A DNA stretch of 64,000 nt, taken from Escherichia coli. GTDB lineage: Bacteria > Pseudomonadota > Gammaproteobacteria > Enterobacterales > Enterobacteriaceae. The notes under the pieces are model-generated. The model saw only the letters and a program-made list of their open reading frames with translations, was not told where the DNA came from and did no database searches. The position numbers and the translations under genes were made by a program. The stretch's first letter is position 1. Every line of letters begins with the position of its first letter. The DNA lies in the NCBI RefSeq assembly GCF_003790525.1, contig NZ_CP033635.1; one strand, given 5' to 3'. This document shows, in pieces, positions 44,981 to 56,985 of this stretch.

Positions 44981-46084
44981 TTATTTGGTTAAATTGGGGC
45001 TGCCACCACGATTTCTACGCAGTCTGCGTTTTACGCGCTTAATAAAGCGAGCAACTTTCCAGGCACGCTTGATGCAATATCCATAGAGGAAGAATGCTAG
45101 CAAAAAGAGCACCAGCATGACCCACTCCGGGACAAAATGAGAATATTCTGCCAGCACGCCAATGGAAGCGAGCAGTGCTGCGGCAAGGGTAATCAGCACA
45201 AACGCCTGGCGGGAAGTAAACCCGGCACGCATGATCAAATGGTGAATATGCTGACGGTCAGGAGAGAATGGGCTCATGCCTTTACGCAGGCGACGGTACA
45301 TAATCGCCACCATATCCATTAGTGGAATGGCGATTATCCATAATGCAGTAACCGGGCTTATTGGGTGCGTTTTTCCCTGAGTCGTTTCGAGCAGGATCCA
45401 GATAACGGTAAAACCAATCAGCGTACTGCCCGCATCCCCCATAAAGACTTTGTAGCGGCGACCCAGGATACCAAGGTTAAGCATGATGTATGGCAGGATA
45501 GCGGCGATCATCGCAAAGCACCAGATTGCGAGACTGGTTTGCCCGTCGAACCACAAAATCATACCGATTGCTGCAAACGAGACGCAGGACAACCCGCCCA
45601 GCAAGCCATCAATGCCATCAACCATGTTGAACGCATTAATGGCCGCCCAGACGGCAAATAGCGTCAGGAAGTAACCAAACGGTCCGAGCACCATCTCCCA
45701 GGAGCCAAAGATATAACCCAGGCTACTGAGATAAAGTTTGCCGAACACCATCATAACAATGCCAACAGCGGCCTGTATGGTGGCACGGATTTTTACGCTG
45801 ATATCAAAACGGTCATCCAGCGCGCCAATGAAAACAAGCACACCAGCACAAGCGAGATAGAGAGATGCATGCGGAATATAGTAATCGACAATTCCGAACG
45901 TGAAGCAAATCCCTGCGTAAACCGAAATCCCCCCAACGAGAGGTATCAATCCCTGGTGACGTTTGCGGAAGTTTGGTTTATCCACTAAACCGACTTTTTT
46001 TGCCACCTTACGGGCAAAAAACAGAAACAGTGTCGTGAATAAAAAAATACTGATGAGATCAGTACTCACTGTCAGTAAATTCAC
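44981..46084 (-). CDS. wecA: UDP-GlcNAc:undecaprenyl-phosphate GlcNAc-1-phosphate transferase
   Basis: 367-aa polytopic membrane protein; first gene of the ECA cluster. Confidence 0.92.
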   Translation of the reverse strand: MNLLTVSTDLISIFLFTTLFLFFARKVAKKVGLVDKPNFRKRHQGLIPLVGGISVYAGICFTFGIVDYYIPHASLYLACAGVLVFIGALDDRFDISVKIRATIQAAVGIVMMVFGKLYLSSLGYIFGSWEMVLGPFGYFLTLFAVWAAINAFNMVDGIDGLLGGLSCVSFAAIGMILWFDGQTSLAIWCFAMIAAILPYIMLNLGILGRRYKVFMGDAGSTLIGFTVIWILLETTQGKTHPISPVTALWIIAIPLMDMVAIMYRRLRKGMSPFSPDRQHIHHLIMRAGFTSRQAFVLITLAAALLASIGVLAEYSHFVPEWVMLVLFLLAFFLYGYCIKRAWKVARFIKRVKRRLRRNRGGSPNLTK

Positions 46085-46270
46085 AATGCATGCTCTCAGA
46101 GAAAATTATTAGCAGAAGTATAACCACGAAGACCTTTATTCAGAAGGGAAAGTCCGTTCCGAACCCACCAGCCCTGTGCAAAAATTAACCATTTGATATG
46201 CAAATTGCATAACACACCAGCAAATTCCAGGAATTTTCCTAGCATCGCCAGCGCGGCATTAAGATTACAG

Positions 46271-46309
46271 ATATAAAAGCAAAACGCCACGTAAACACGT
46301 GGCGTTTTT
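46271..46309 (-). terminator. Rho-independent terminator downstream of rho
   Basis: Hairpin aacgccacgt-aaac-acgtggcgtt flanked by T-runs on both strands. Confidence 0.65.
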
Positions 46310-46323
46310 GGCATAAAACAAAT

Positions 46324-47583
46324 TTATGAGCGTTTCATCATTTCGAAGAAATCGTCATTGGTCTTGGTCATTGCCAGTTTATTAATGAGGAATTCCATTG
46401 CATCGATTTCGCCCATCGGGTGAATGATTTTGCGCAGGATCCACATTTTCTGCAGTTCTTCCTGAGTCGTGAGCAGCTCTTCTTTACGGGTACCGGAACG
46501 GTTGTAGTCGATAGCCGGGAAGACGCGTTTTTCAGCGATCTTACGAGAGAGGTGCAGTTCCATGTTGCCTGTACCTTTAAACTCTTCGTAGATAACTTCG
46601 TCCATCTTGGAACCGGTATCGATAAGCGCGGTAGCGATGATGGTCAGGCTGCCGCCCTCTTCCACGTTACGCGCCGCACCAAAGAAGCGTTTCGGACGAT
46701 GCAGAGCATTGGCATCCACACCACCGGTCAACACTTTACCTGACGCCGGAACAACGGTGTTGTAAGCGCGCGCCAGACGAGTGATGGAGTCGAGCAGAAT
46801 GATAACGTCTTTCTTGTGCTCAACCAGGCGTTTGGCCTTCTCGATCACCATTTCCGCAACCTGAACGTGGCGAGATGCGGGTTCGTCAAAGGTAGAAGCA
46901 ACAACTTCACCTTTAACCAGACGCTGCATCTCGGTGACTTCTTCCGGACGTTCGTCGATCAGCAGAACCATCAGTACGCAATCCGGGTGGTTGTAAGCAA
47001 TGCTCTGAGCAATGTTCTGCAGCAGCATGGTTTTACCGGCTTTCGGCGGTGCCACAATCAGACCACGCTGACCACGACCGATAGGTGATGCCAGATCCAG
47101 TACGCGAGCGGTTAAATCTTCCGTAGAACCGTTACCACGTTCCATACGCAGACGAGAGTTTGCGTGCAGCGGGGTTAAGTTCTCAAAGAGGATTTTGTTG
47201 CGGGCGTTTTCAGGTTTGTCGAAGTTAACTTCGTTAACTTTCAGCAGCGCAAAATAGCGTTCACCTTCTTTCGGCGGGCGAATCTTACCAGAGATGGTAT
47301 CACCAGTGCGGAGGTTGAAACGGCGGATTTGGCTAGGGGAAACGTAGATGTCATCAGGACCGGCGAGGTAGGAGCTGTCTGCGGAACGGAGGAAACCAAA
47401 TCCATCCTGCAATATCTCCAGTACGCCATCACCAAAGATATCTTCGCCACTCTTTGCGTGCTGCTTCAGGATGGCAAAAATAATGTCCTGCTTACGCATA
47501 CGAGCCAGGTTTTCCAGCCCCATATTTTCGCCGAGAGTGATCAGCTCAGAAACCGGCGTATTCTTTAATTCGGTAAGATTCAT
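46324..47583 (-). CDS. rho: Transcription termination factor Rho
   Basis: ORF 46324..47655 trimmed to [25 protein letters not shown] (419 aa); Walker A PPKAGKT. Confidence 0.95.
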
Positions 47584-47667
47584 AGTGGTGTGAGTTCTTA
47601 AACTTGGGGTAAATCTCGAACTTAATGTTGTGAATGGTATGGCAGGATCATCCATGCCTGTTTACGG

Positions 47668-47769
47668 TCATCGACTCATGTCTTTTCGCTGTCTGGTCAC
47701 AGGAGAGTACGCAGAACTGAAACGACAAGACGGATTGAGTGACGAGCCAGAAATCTGTTCACTTCGCAT
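47668..47769 (-). CDS. rhoL: rho operon leader peptide
   Basis: 33-codon minus-strand ORF ATGCGAAGTGAACAG... translating to MRSEQISGSSLNPSCRFSSAYSPVTRQRKDMSR, upstream of rho; too short for the ORF track. Confidence 0.8.
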   Translation of the reverse strand: MRSEQISGSSLNPSCRFSSAYSPVTRQRKDMSR

Positions 47770-47909
47770 TTAAGATAAAACGGGAAGCGTTGGAAATTAC
47801 AAGATTCAAACTTAATAAGGTATGTTTAATACGAAGTCAACACTAAGTTAGCATGACTCACGCCGGGCGTCCAGTTTTTAGCGACGGGGCACCCGAACAT
47901 GAAATTCCC

Positions 47910-48239
47910 TTACGCCAGGTTAGCGTCGAGGAACTCTTTCAACTGACCTTTAGACAGTGCGCCCACTTTGGTTGCCGCCACTTCACCGTTTTTGAACAGC
48001 AGCAGAGTCGGGATACCACGGATGCCATATTTCGGCGCAGTGCCAGGGTTTTGATCGATGTTCAGTTTTGCAACGGTCAGTTTGCCCTGATATTCGTCAG
48101 CGATTTCATCCAGAATCGGGGCGATCATTTTGCACGGACCGCACCACTCTGCCCAGAAATCAACGAGGATCGCCCCGTCCGCTTTGAGTACATCCGTGTC
48201 AAAACTGTCGTCAGTCAGGTGAATAATTTTATCGCTCAT
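47910..48239 (-). CDS. trxA: Thioredoxin 1
   Basis: ORF trimmed to [37 protein letters not shown] (109 aa, active site CGPC). Confidence 0.95.
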
Positions 48240-48369
48240 ATATAACTCCACAGGAATAAGCCTGGCGTGTTGGTTTCGTTGTTGGTGTAACATTAACCAA
48301 CTAAAGGTTGACTTTATTTCACCGGATACGCTTTCGTAAAGCAATAGTAAGCTGATATTCTACCACACT

Positions 48370-49635
48370 ATGAGCAAAACACATTTAACAGAACAGAAGT
48401 TTTCCGACTTCGCCCTGCATCCGAAGGTTGTAGAAGCCCTTGAAAAAAAAGGGTTTCATAACTGTACGCCCATTCAGGCACTGGCCCTTCCGCTGACGCT
48501 GGCGGGTCGTGACGTAGCCGGGCAGGCGCAAACCGGTACCGGGAAAACGATGGCGTTTCTTACGTCAACGTTTCATTATCTTCTCTCTCATCCTGCGATA
48601 GCCGATCGCAAGGTGAATCAACCGCGTGCCTTAATTATGGCACCGACGCGTGAACTTGCCGTGCAGATCCACGCCGACGCGGAGCCACTTGCGCAAGCTA
48701 CCGGCCTGAAGCTGGGTCTGGCTTACGGTGGTGATGGCTACGACAAACAGCTGAAAGTGCTGGAAAGCGGCGTTGACATTCTGATTGGCACCACGGGGCG
48801 TTTAATTGACTACGCCAAGCAGAACCACATTAACCTCGGTGCCATTCAGGTAGTGGTACTGGACGAAGCCGATCGTATGTACGATCTGGGCTTTATTAAA
48901 GATATCCGCTGGCTGTTCCGCCGTATGCCGCCTGCAAACCAGCGCCTCAACATGCTGTTCTCCGCCACGCTTTCGTACCGGGTACGTGAACTAGCGTTCG
49001 AGCAGATGAACAATGCCGAATATATTGAAGTGGAACCGGAACAGAAAACGGGCCACCGTATTAAAGAAGAGCTTTTCTACCCTTCTAACGAAGAAAAAAT
49101 GCGTTTGCTGCAAACGCTGATCGAAGAAGAGTGGCCAGACAGAGCGATTATTTTCGCCAACACCAAACACCGTTGTGAAGAGATCTGGGGCCACCTGGCG
49201 GCAGATGGTCATCGTGTCGGTTTGTTGACAGGCGATGTCGCGCAGAAAAAACGTCTGCGTATTCTTGATGAATTTACCCGTGGGGATCTGGATATTCTGG
49301 TTGCCACCGACGTTGCCGCGCGTGGTTTGCATATTCCGGCAGTGACGCACGTCTTTAACTACGATTTACCCGATGACTGTGAAGATTACGTTCACCGTAT
49401 TGGTCGTACAGGTCGCGCAGGCGCAAGCGGTCACTCTATCAGCCTGGCCTGTGAAGAGTATGCATTGAATTTGCCTGCTATTGAGACCTATATTGGTCAC
49501 TCAATTCCGGTAAGTAAATACAATCCGGACGCATTGATGACCGATCTGCCAAAACCGCTGCGCCTCACGCGCCCGCGCACAGGCAATGGTCCGCGTCGTA
49601 CTGGCGCTCCGCGTAATCGTCGTCGTTCAGGTTAA
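48370..49635 (+). CDS. rhlB: ATP-dependent RNA helicase RhlB (degradosome component)
   Basis: 421-aa ORF with DEAD-box motifs ([15 protein letters not shown]) and an Arg-rich C-terminus. Confidence 0.93.
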   Translation: MSKTHLTEQKFSDFALHPKVVEALEKKGFHNCTPIQALALPLTLAGRDVAGQAQTGTGKTMAFLTSTFHYLLSHPAIADRKVNQPRALIMAPTRELAVQIHADAEPLAQATGLKLGLAYGGDGYDKQLKVLESGVDILIGTTGRLIDYAKQNHINLGAIQVVVLDEADRMYDLGFIKDIRWLFRRMPPANQRLNMLFSATLSYRVRELAFEQMNNAEYIEVEPEQKTGHRIKEELFYPSNEEKMRLLQTLIEEEWPDRAIIFANTKHRCEEIWGHLAADGHRVGLLTGDVAQKKRLRILDEFTRGDLDILVATDVAARGLHIPAVTHVFNYDLPDDCEDYVHRIGRTGRAGASGHSISLACEEYALNLPAIETYIGHSIPVSKYNPDALMTDLPKPLRLTRPRTGNGPRRTGAPRNRRRSG

Positions 49636-49770
49636 ATAAAAAATGTCATACTCCAAATCATTCAAGCTGTATCAAGATGGCAAGAGAATGAATCCCGATG
49701 AGTTTACTGTAGTAAGTGATTCAGGTGAAAGAATGCAGCCAACACAGAGACAGATTGAAGGATGAAGAGT

Positions 49771-51255
49771 ATGGGTTCCACCTCGTCGCTGTATGCAGCC
49801 ATTGATCTCGGTTCGAATAGTTTTCATATGCTGGTTGTGCGCGAGGTGGCTGGAAGCATCCAGACGCTGACGCGAATTAAACGCAAAGTGCGTCTGGCTG
49901 CTGGCCTGAATAGCGAAAATGCCCTGTCTAATGAAGCAATGGAGCGCGGTTGGCAATGTCTGCGCCTGTTTGCTGAACGTCTGCAAGATATCCCTCCCTC
50001 GCAAATTCGCGTTGTCGCTACGGCGACATTACGACTAGCCGTCAATGCGGGTGATTTTATCGCCAAAGCACAGGAAATCCTCGGTTGTCCGGTACAGGTG
50101 ATCAGCGGTGAAGAGGAAGCACGTCTGATTTATCAGGGCGTTGCTCACACAACTGGCGGTGCCGATCAGCGCCTGGTGGTGGATATAGGCGGTGCCAGTA
50201 CGGAACTGGTAACCGGCACGGGTGCACAAACCACCTCGTTGTTCAGCCTGTCGATGGGCTGCGTCACCTGGCTGGAACGCTATTTTGCCGATCGTAATCT
50301 GGGGCAGGAAAATTTTGATGCTGCAGAAAAAGCGGCACGCGAAGTGTTACGTCCGGTTGCCGATGAATTACGGTATCACGGCTGGAAAGTGTGCGTTGGC
50401 GCTTCCGGCACCGTGCAGGCGTTACAGGAAATCATGATGGCACAGGGGATGGATGAACGCATTACCCTGGAAAAGTTGCAGCAACTGAAACAACGCGCCA
50501 TTCATTGCGGTCGGCTGGAAGAGCTAGAGATTGACGGGCTGACGCTGGAACGTGCGTTAGTGTTCCCGAGTGGTCTGGCGATCCTGATAGCCATTTTTAC
50601 CGAACTGAATATTCAGTGTATGACCCTGGCGGGCGGTGCGCTGCGTGAAGGCCTGGTCTACGGTATGTTACATCTTACCGTCGAGCAGGATATTCGCAGC
50701 CGTACGCTGCGTAATATTCAGCGCCGCTTTATGATCGATATTGATCAGGCACAGCGCGTAGCCAAAGTTGCGGCTAACTTCTTCGATCAGGTGGAAAATG
50801 AATGGCATCTTGAAGCAATAAGCCGCGATTTGCTCATCAGCGCCTGCCAGCTTCATGAAATCGGCCTGAGCGTTGACTTCAAACAAGCGCCGCAACACGC
50901 TGCTTATCTGGTACGTAATCTGGATCTTCCCGGTTTTACCCCCGCACAGAAAAAACTGCTGGCGACGCTACTGCTCAACCAGACTAATCCGGTCGATCTC
51001 TCATCGCTGCATCAGCAAAATGCCGTACCACCGCGCGTCGCAGAACAACTCTGCCGTTTACTCCGCCTGGCTATCATTTTTGCCAGCCGTCGCCGTGACG
51101 ATCTCGTGCCAGAGATGACATTACAGGCTAACCATGAACTGTTGACCTTGACGCTTCCGCAAGGTTGGCTAACCCAACATCCGCTGGGTAAAGAGATTAT
51201 TGATCAGGAAAGCCAGTGGCAGAGCTATGTCCACTGGCCGCTGGAAGTGCATTAA
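49771..51255 (+). CDS. gppA: Guanosine pentaphosphate phosphohydrolase / exopolyphosphatase
   Basis: ORF 49762..51255 trimmed to [22 protein letters not shown] (494 aa). Confidence 0.9.
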   Translation: MGSTSSLYAAIDLGSNSFHMLVVREVAGSIQTLTRIKRKVRLAAGLNSENALSNEAMERGWQCLRLFAERLQDIPPSQIRVVATATLRLAVNAGDFIAKAQEILGCPVQVISGEEEARLIYQGVAHTTGGADQRLVVDIGGASTELVTGTGAQTTSLFSLSMGCVTWLERYFADRNLGQENFDAAEKAAREVLRPVADELRYHGWKVCVGASGTVQALQEIMMAQGMDERITLEKLQQLKQRAIHCGRLEELEIDGLTLERALVFPSGLAILIAIFTELNIQCMTLAGGALREGLVYGMLHLTVEQDIRSRTLRNIQRRFMIDIDQAQRVAKVAANFFDQVENEWHLEAISRDLLISACQLHEIGLSVDFKQAPQHAAYLVRNLDLPGFTPAQKKLLATLLLNQTNPVDLSSLHQQNAVPPRVAEQLCRLLRLAIIFASRRRDDLVPEMTLQANHELLTLTLPQGWLTQHPLGKEIIDQESQWQSYVHWPLEVH

Positions 51256-51264
51256 TGAGTAAGT

Positions 51265-51296
51265 GCCGGATGCGATGCTGACACATCTTTTCCGGC
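51265..51296. repeat. REP element between the convergent gppA and rep
   Basis: gccggatgcgatgctgacacatcttttccggc palindrome. Confidence 0.55.
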
Positions 51297-51301
51297 CTTG
51301 A

Positions 51302-53323
51302 TTATTTCCCTCGTTTTGCCGCCATCATCGCTTTCAGATTCGCCAGATGGCTTTGCCCTTTCTGCATCCGTTCTTCGGCGCTGACCACTTTGCGCTCCTG
51401 TTCCCAAATCAGATCATCCTGCGGCAGCTCCAGCAAAAAGCGGCTCGGCTCCGGGCGCACCAGTTCGCCGTACTGACGGCGTTCTTTACACAGCGTAAAG
51501 GTCAATTCCTTCTGGGCGCGGGTAATGCCGACATAGGCCAGCCGCCGCTCCTCATCGATATTATCTTCATCGATGCTGCTCTGGTGCGGCAAAAACCCTT
51601 CTTCCATACCGACCATGTAGACATAAGGAAACTCCAGCCCTTTCGACGCGTGGAGAGTCATCAGTTGCACCTGATCCAGCTCTTCTTCACTCTCACCACG
51701 CTCCATCATGTCGCGCAAAGTAAAGCGCGTCACCACCTGGGTTAACGTCATCGGCTCATCCAGTTCACTGCCTTCGAGCATCTCCGTCATCCAGCTAAAC
51801 AGTTGGTTGACGTTCTTCATGCGCATTTCGGCGGCTTTCGGGCTGGGCGATGTTTCGTACAGCCAGGATTCATAATCCATGCCGTGAATCAGATCACGCA
51901 CCGCGGCAATCGGCTCTCGCTCCGCCAGGCGCTGGATTTCTGCCAACCAGTGAGTGAAGCGGGTCAATGCTTCATAACCACGTCCGCTAAGCGTCTGACT
52001 CAGGCCCATATCAAAGCTGGCGGTAAACATGCTTTTATTGCGCGTCATCGCCCACTCACCCAGCTTTTTCAGCGTAGCCGGGCCAATCTCTCGCTTCGGC
52101 GTGTTAACGATACGCAGGAATGCGCTGTCATCGTCCGGGTTAGTCAGCACGCGCAGATAAGCCAGCAAATCCTTGATTTCAGGGCGAGAGAAAAACGACG
52201 TACCACCAGAAATTTTGTACGGGATGCGGTTTTGCATCAGGAATTTTTCAAACACCCGCGACTGATGGTTGCCGCGATAAAGAATGGCGTAATCTTTGTA
52301 CTGCGTTTTATTGACGAAGTGATGCGCGATCAGCTCGCCGGTGACTCTCTCGGCTTCATGTTCTTCGTTATTCGCGCTTAAAACTTTTAGCTCCGCGCCA
52401 TAGCCCAGTTCGGAGAACAGACGCTTTTCAAAGACGTGCGGGTTATTGGCGATCAGGATGTTCGCCGCTTTCAGAATACGTCCGGAAGAGCGGTAGTTCT
52501 GCTCAAGCTTAATCACCTTCAGTGCCGGGAAATCCTGACTCAACAGCACCAGGTTTTGCGGACGTGCACCGCGCCAGGAGTAGATCGACTGATCGTCATC
52601 GCCAACTACGGTAAAGCGCGCGCGGCTGCCCACCAGCAGTTTCACCAGTTCATACTGGCTGGTGTTGGTGTCCTGATACTCATCCACCAGCAGGTAGCGA
52701 ATTTTGTTCTGCCAGCGCTCGCGGACTTCTTCATTGCGTTGCAGCAGTAACGTCGGCAATAAAATCAGATCATCGAAGTCGAGAACGTTACAGGCTTTCA
52801 GGTGTGCATCATACAGCCCATAACAATGGGCAAAAATACGGTCCCGCTCGCCAATCGCACTGGCTGCCGCCTGGGACGGTGTTTTGAGATCGTTCTTCCA
52901 GTTAGAGATGGTCGAAATCAGCTGTTGCAGGAGGACTTTGTCATCTTCAATCAGCCCCTCGGTCAGCTCTTTAAGCAACGCCAGCTGATCGGTGTCATCA
53001 AACAGCGAAAAGTTCGCTTTCATCCCCAACGCCGCATACTCACGCTTGATGATATCCAGCCCCAGCGTGTGGAAGGTGGAAATCATCAGCCCGCGCGCCT
53101 CTTTGCGCCCCAGCGTCTGCCCGACACGCTCTTTCATCTCGCGCGCCGCCTTATTGGTAAAGGTCACCGCCGCGATATGTCGCGCCTGATAACCGCAACC
53201 GCGGATCAGATGGGCGATTTTATTGGTGATGACACGAGTTTTACCGGAACCCGCGCCTGCCAGCACCAGGCAGGGGCCGGTAACGAATTCGACAGCTTGT
53301 TGTTGGCCGGGGTTTAGACGCAT
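51302..53323 (-). CDS. rep: ATP-dependent DNA helicase Rep
   Basis: ORF 51302..53338 trimmed to [31 protein letters not shown] (673 aa). Confidence 0.93.
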   Translation of the reverse strand: MRLNPGQQQAVEFVTGPCLVLAGAGSGKTRVITNKIAHLIRGCGYQARHIAAVTFTNKAAREMKERVGQTLGRKEARGLMISTFHTLGLDIIKREYAALGMKANFSLFDDTDQLALLKELTEGLIEDDKVLLQQLISTISNWKNDLKTPSQAAASAIGERDRIFAHCYGLYDAHLKACNVLDFDDLILLPTLLLQRNEEVRERWQNKIRYLLVDEYQDTNTSQYELVKLLVGSRARFTVVGDDDQSIYSWRGARPQNLVLLSQDFPALKVIKLEQNYRSSGRILKAANILIANNPHVFEKRLFSELGYGAELKVLSANNEEHEAERVTGELIAHHFVNKTQYKDYAILYRGNHQSRVFEKFLMQNRIPYKISGGTSFFSRPEIKDLLAYLRVLTNPDDDSAFLRIVNTPKREIGPATLKKLGEWAMTRNKSMFTASFDMGLSQTLSGRGYEALTRFTHWLAEIQRLAEREPIAAVRDLIHGMDYESWLYETSPSPKAAEMRMKNVNQLFSWMTEMLEGSELDEPMTLTQVVTRFTLRDMMERGESEEELDQVQLMTLHASKGLEFPYVYMVGMEEGFLPHQSSIDEDNIDEERRLAYVGITRAQKELTFTLCKERRQYGELVRPEPSRFLLELPQDDLIWEQERKVVSAEERMQKGQSHLANLKAMMAAKRGK

Positions 53324-53540
53324 AGGTATATTGCTCAATCTTCGAACGGGGGGGAGGATTGTAGCAGAATCGCATTTGAATGTGACCGAGTGAAAACCGC
53401 TAACCGGATGGCTGCGGATGTTTAAATCAGAGAGGGAAGGCCGAAACCGGAGTTCATCATGAATCCATTAGACTTAGAAAATATCGGGTCGTAACGTTGT
53501 GTTATTACTTTTTCAGAGTTTACTAAGGAGAGGTTTACTC

Positions 53541-53990
53541 GTGGCGATTAATTTCAGCCCCAAGGTTGGTGAAATACTGGAATGCAACTTTGGTAACTAT
53601 CCTGTTAGCCAGAATGGACAGTTCAGCACGACGTATTACGATGGCCGCATTCCACCTGAGATGATAAAAAATAGGTTGGTTGTCGTGCTCAACGGAAAAA
53701 TTAATGGCAACGCATGTATCGTCGTTCCATTATCAACCACTCGCGACCATGACAAGTTAAATCGTGGAATGCATGTTGAAATAGCCAGTAATGTTATCAA
53801 TGACCTGCAATTCTTTGATCAGCAGATACGTTGGGCTAAAGCCGACCTGGTACAACAAGTCAGTCGAAATCGATTAAACAGAGCAAGGACTTATCGGGGG
53901 TATCTTAATCAATGTTTGCCACATGAGTTGGTTGCAGACATACAGAGGGCAGTCATCAAGTCAATCAATGCCATATCGCTCATAAATTGA
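53541..53990 (+). CDS. yifN: PemK/MazF-like toxin-family protein YifN (apparently intact)
   Basis: GTG at 53541 preceded by aaggagag (53525..53532); the translation has MazF/PemK-like motif spacing (VGEILECNF, RLVVVLNG, ACIVVPLSTT). The 163-aa track ORF from 53499 is an alternative start. Confidence 0.6.
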   Translation: MAINFSPKVGEILECNFGNYPVSQNGQFSTTYYDGRIPPEMIKNRLVVVLNGKINGNACIVVPLSTTRDHDKLNRGMHVEIASNVINDLQFFDQQIRWAKADLVQQVSRNRLNRARTYRGYLNQCLPHELVADIQRAVIKSINAISLIN

Positions 53991-54066
53991 CAATAAAATC
54001 ACCATCCCCGATAATGACTCTGTAGCCCATAGAGGCCCTAAGTTTTCTCCCCTTGAGGGACCTGCG

Positions 54067-54090
54067 AAGCCCGGATTTTCCGGGCTTTTG
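54067..54090 (+). terminator. Putative rho-independent terminator after yifN
   Basis: agcccgg-attttc-cgggct hairpin followed by TTTTG. Confidence 0.5.
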
Positions 54091-54118
54091 CCATATATGT
54101 CCCCCCCTCCCTGACTGA

Positions 54119-54424
<306 letters not shown>

Positions 54425-54428
54425 CAGC

Positions 54429-54453
54429 AAGGCCTTCTCCGGGAGAAGGCCTT
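54429..54453. other. Stem-loop between the convergent ppiC and ilvC
   Basis: aaggccttct-ccggg-agaaggcctt perfect 10-bp stem; no clear T-run on either side. Confidence 0.4.
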
Positions 54454-54469
54454 GAACTCTGAATCGCAC

Positions 54470-55945
54470 TTAACCTGCAACAGCAATACGTTTCATATCC
54501 GTCATATAGCCGCGCAGTTTCTTACCTACCTGCTCAATCGCATGGCTGCGAATCGCTTCGTTCACATCACGCAACTGCGCGTTATCTACCGCACCTTCCG
54601 GAATAGCTTTACCCAAGTCGCCCGGTTGCAGCTCTGCCATAAACGGTTTCAGCAGCGGCACACAAGCGTAAGAGAACAGATAGTTACCGTACTCGGCGGT
54701 ATCAGAGATAACCACGTTCATTTCGTACAGACGCTTACGAGCGATAGTGTTGGCAATCAGCGGCAGTTCGTGCAGTGATTCATAGTAAGCAGACTCTTCG
54801 ATGATGCCGGAATCAACCATGGTTTCAAACGCCAACTCAACGCCTGCTTTTACCATCGCGATCATCAGTACGCCTTTATCGAAGTACTCCTGCTCGCCGA
54901 TTTTGCCTTCATACTGCGGCGCGGTTTCGAACGCGGTTTTGCCGGTCTCTTCACGCCAGGTCAGCAGTTTCTTATCGTCGTTGGCCCAGTCTGCCATCAT
55001 GCCGGAAGAGAATTCGCCGGAGATGATGTCATCCATGTGTTTCTGGAACAGCGGCGCCATGATCTCTTTCAGCTGTTCAGACAGCGCGTAAGCACGCAGT
55101 TTCGCCGGGTTAGAGAGACGGTCCATCATCAGCGTGATGCCGCCCTGTTTCAGCGCTTCGGTGATGGTTTCCCAGCCGAACTGAATCAGTTTTTCTGCGT
55201 ATGCCGGATCGGTGCCTTCTTCCACCAGTTTGTCGAAGCACAGCAGAGAGCCAGCCTGCAACATACCGCACAGGATGGTTTGCTCGCCCATCAGGTCAGA
55301 TTTCACTTCCGCAACGAAAGAGGATTCCAGCACGCCCGCACGATGACCACCGGTTGCCGCCGCCCACGCTTTAGCGATCGCCATGCCTTCGCCTTTCGGA
55401 TCGTTTTCCGGGTGAACGGCAATCAGCGTCGGTACGCCGAATCCACGTTTGTACTCTTCACGCACTTCGGTGCCAGGGCATTTCGGCGCAACCATTACTA
55501 CGGTGATGTCTTTACGGATCTGCTCGCCTACTTCCACGATGTTGAAACCATGCGAGTAACCCAGCGCCGCGCCGTCCTTCATCAGTGGCTGTACGGTGCG
55601 CACTACATCAGAGTGCTGCTTGTCCGGCGTCAGGTTAACCACCAGATCCGCCTGTGGGATCAGTTCTTCGTAAGTACCCACTTTAAAACCATTTTCGGTT
55701 GCTTTACGCCAGGATGCGCGCTTTTCGGCAATCGCTTCTTTACGCAGAGCGTAGGAGATATCGAGACCAGAATCACGCATGTTCAGGCCCTGGTTCAGAC
55801 CCTGTGCGCCACAGCCGACGATGACTACTTTTTTACCCTGAAGGTAGCTCGCGCCATCGGCGAATTCATCGCGCCCCATAAAGCGACATTTGCCCAGCTG
55901 TGCCAGCTGCTGGCGCAGATTCAGTGTATTGAAGTAGTTAGCCAT
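54470..55945 (-). CDS. ilvC: Ketol-acid reductoisomerase
   Basis: ORF 54470..56167 trimmed to [23 protein letters not shown] (491 aa). Confidence 0.95.
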   Translation of the reverse strand: MANYFNTLNLRQQLAQLGKCRFMGRDEFADGASYLQGKKVVIVGCGAQGLNQGLNMRDSGLDISYALRKEAIAEKRASWRKATENGFKVGTYEELIPQADLVVNLTPDKQHSDVVRTVQPLMKDGAALGYSHGFNIVEVGEQIRKDITVVMVAPKCPGTEVREEYKRGFGVPTLIAVHPENDPKGEGMAIAKAWAAATGGHRAGVLESSFVAEVKSDLMGEQTILCGMLQAGSLLCFDKLVEEGTDPAYAEKLIQFGWETITEALKQGGITLMMDRLSNPAKLRAYALSEQLKEIMAPLFQKHMDDIISGEFSSGMMADWANDDKKLLTWREETGKTAFETAPQYEGKIGEQEYFDKGVLMIAMVKAGVELAFETMVDSGIIEESAYYESLHELPLIANTIARKRLYEMNVVISDTAEYGNYLFSYACVPLLKPFMAELQPGDLGKAIPEGAVDNAQLRDVNEAIRSHAIEQVGKKLRGYMTDMKRIAVAG

Positions 55946-56094
55946 GGTGATTCCTCGTGATGTTGTGCTTCTTATTGTTCGGTTCGCGTTTGCGAGATTG
56001 AATTCACTATATGACAGGAAATTTATTGCGGAAATTGATATATTCACAACGTCACATTGCAATTTTTGCAACGTCAACATTGAGGGCTGCGCCA
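55946..56094. promoter_or_regulatory. Divergent ilvC/ilvY promoter-operator region
   Basis: AT-rich spacer between divergent starts, containing LysR-type dyad-like sequence attgcaatttttgcaac; IlvY-dependent regulation of ilvC is established knowledge. Confidence 0.6.
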
Positions 56095-56985
56095 TTGGAT
56101 TTACGCGATCTGAAAACCTTCCTGCATCTGGCGGAAAGCCGCCATTTTGGGCGCAGCGCGCGGGCAATGCACGTTAGCCCGTCTACGCTTTCGCGACAAA
56201 TACAGCGCCTGGAAGAAGATCTCGGTCAGCCGCTGTTTGTGCGTGATAACCGCACGGTAACGCTGACGGAAGCGGGCGAAGAACTGCGCGTTTTCGCCCA
56301 GCAAACGCTGTTGCAATATCAGCAATTGCGCCACACCATCGACCAGCAAGGGCCGTCGCTCTCTGGTGAATTACATATCTTCTGCTCGGTGACCGCTGCC
56401 TACAGCCATCTTCCACCGATTCTCGACCGCTTCCGCGCGGAACATCCGTCAGTGGAGATCAAACTCACTACCGGTGATGCAGCCGATGCGATGGAAAAGG
56501 TGGTCACTGGCGAAGCGGATCTGGCGATTGCCGGGAAACCGGAAACCTTGCCGGGCGCAGTGGCGTTTTCGATGCTGGAGAATCTGGCGGTGGTGCTGAT
56601 TGCTCCCGCGCTGCCCTGCCCGGTGCGTAATCAGGTCTCTGTCGAAAAGCCCGACTGGTCTACAGTGCCGTTTATCATGGCCGATCAGGGACCGGTACGC
56701 CGCCGCATTGAACTGTGGTTTCGGCGTAACAAAATCAGCAACCCAATGATTTACGCCACGGTTGGCGGGCATGAAGCGATGGTATCGATGGTGGCGCTCG
56801 GCTGTGGCGTGGCGCTGTTGCCGGAAGTGGTGCTGGATAACAGCCCGGAACCGGTGCGTAACCGCGTGATGATTTTAGAGCGCAGTGATGAAAAAACGCC
56901 GTTTGAGCTGGGCGTGTGCGTACAAAAAAAGCGGCTTCATGAGCCGCTGATTGAGGCGTTCTGGAAGATTTTGCCGAACCACTAA
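56095..56985 (+). CDS. ilvY: LysR-family transcriptional regulator IlvY
   Basis: ORF 56011..56985; the protein recognised as IlvY begins at the TTG codon at 56095 ([37 protein letters not shown]); an upstream ATG at 56011 is an alternative. Confidence 0.85.
   Translation: MDLRDLKTFLHLAESRHFGRSARAMHVSPSTLSRQIQRLEEDLGQPLFVRDNRTVTLTEAGEELRVFAQQTLLQYQQLRHTIDQQGPSLSGELHIFCSVTAAYSHLPPILDRFRAEHPSVEIKLTTGDAADAMEKVVTGEADLAIAGKPETLPGAVAFSMLENLAVVLIAPALPCPVRNQVSVEKPDWSTVPFIMADQGPVRRRIELWFRRNKISNPMIYATVGGHEAMVSMVALGCGVALLPEVVLDNSPEPVRNRVMILERSDEKTPFELGVCVQKKRLHEPLIEAFWKILPNH

Noticed and set aside
46096-46314. 72-aa minus-strand ORF in the wecA-rho spacer
   Set aside because: It spans the rho terminator hairpin and the wecA promoter region; no RBS; composition looks like chance.
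47770-47909. Possible trxA terminator between trxA and rhoL
   Set aside because: I could not find a clean hairpin followed by a T-run on the minus strand there, so it was not annotated.
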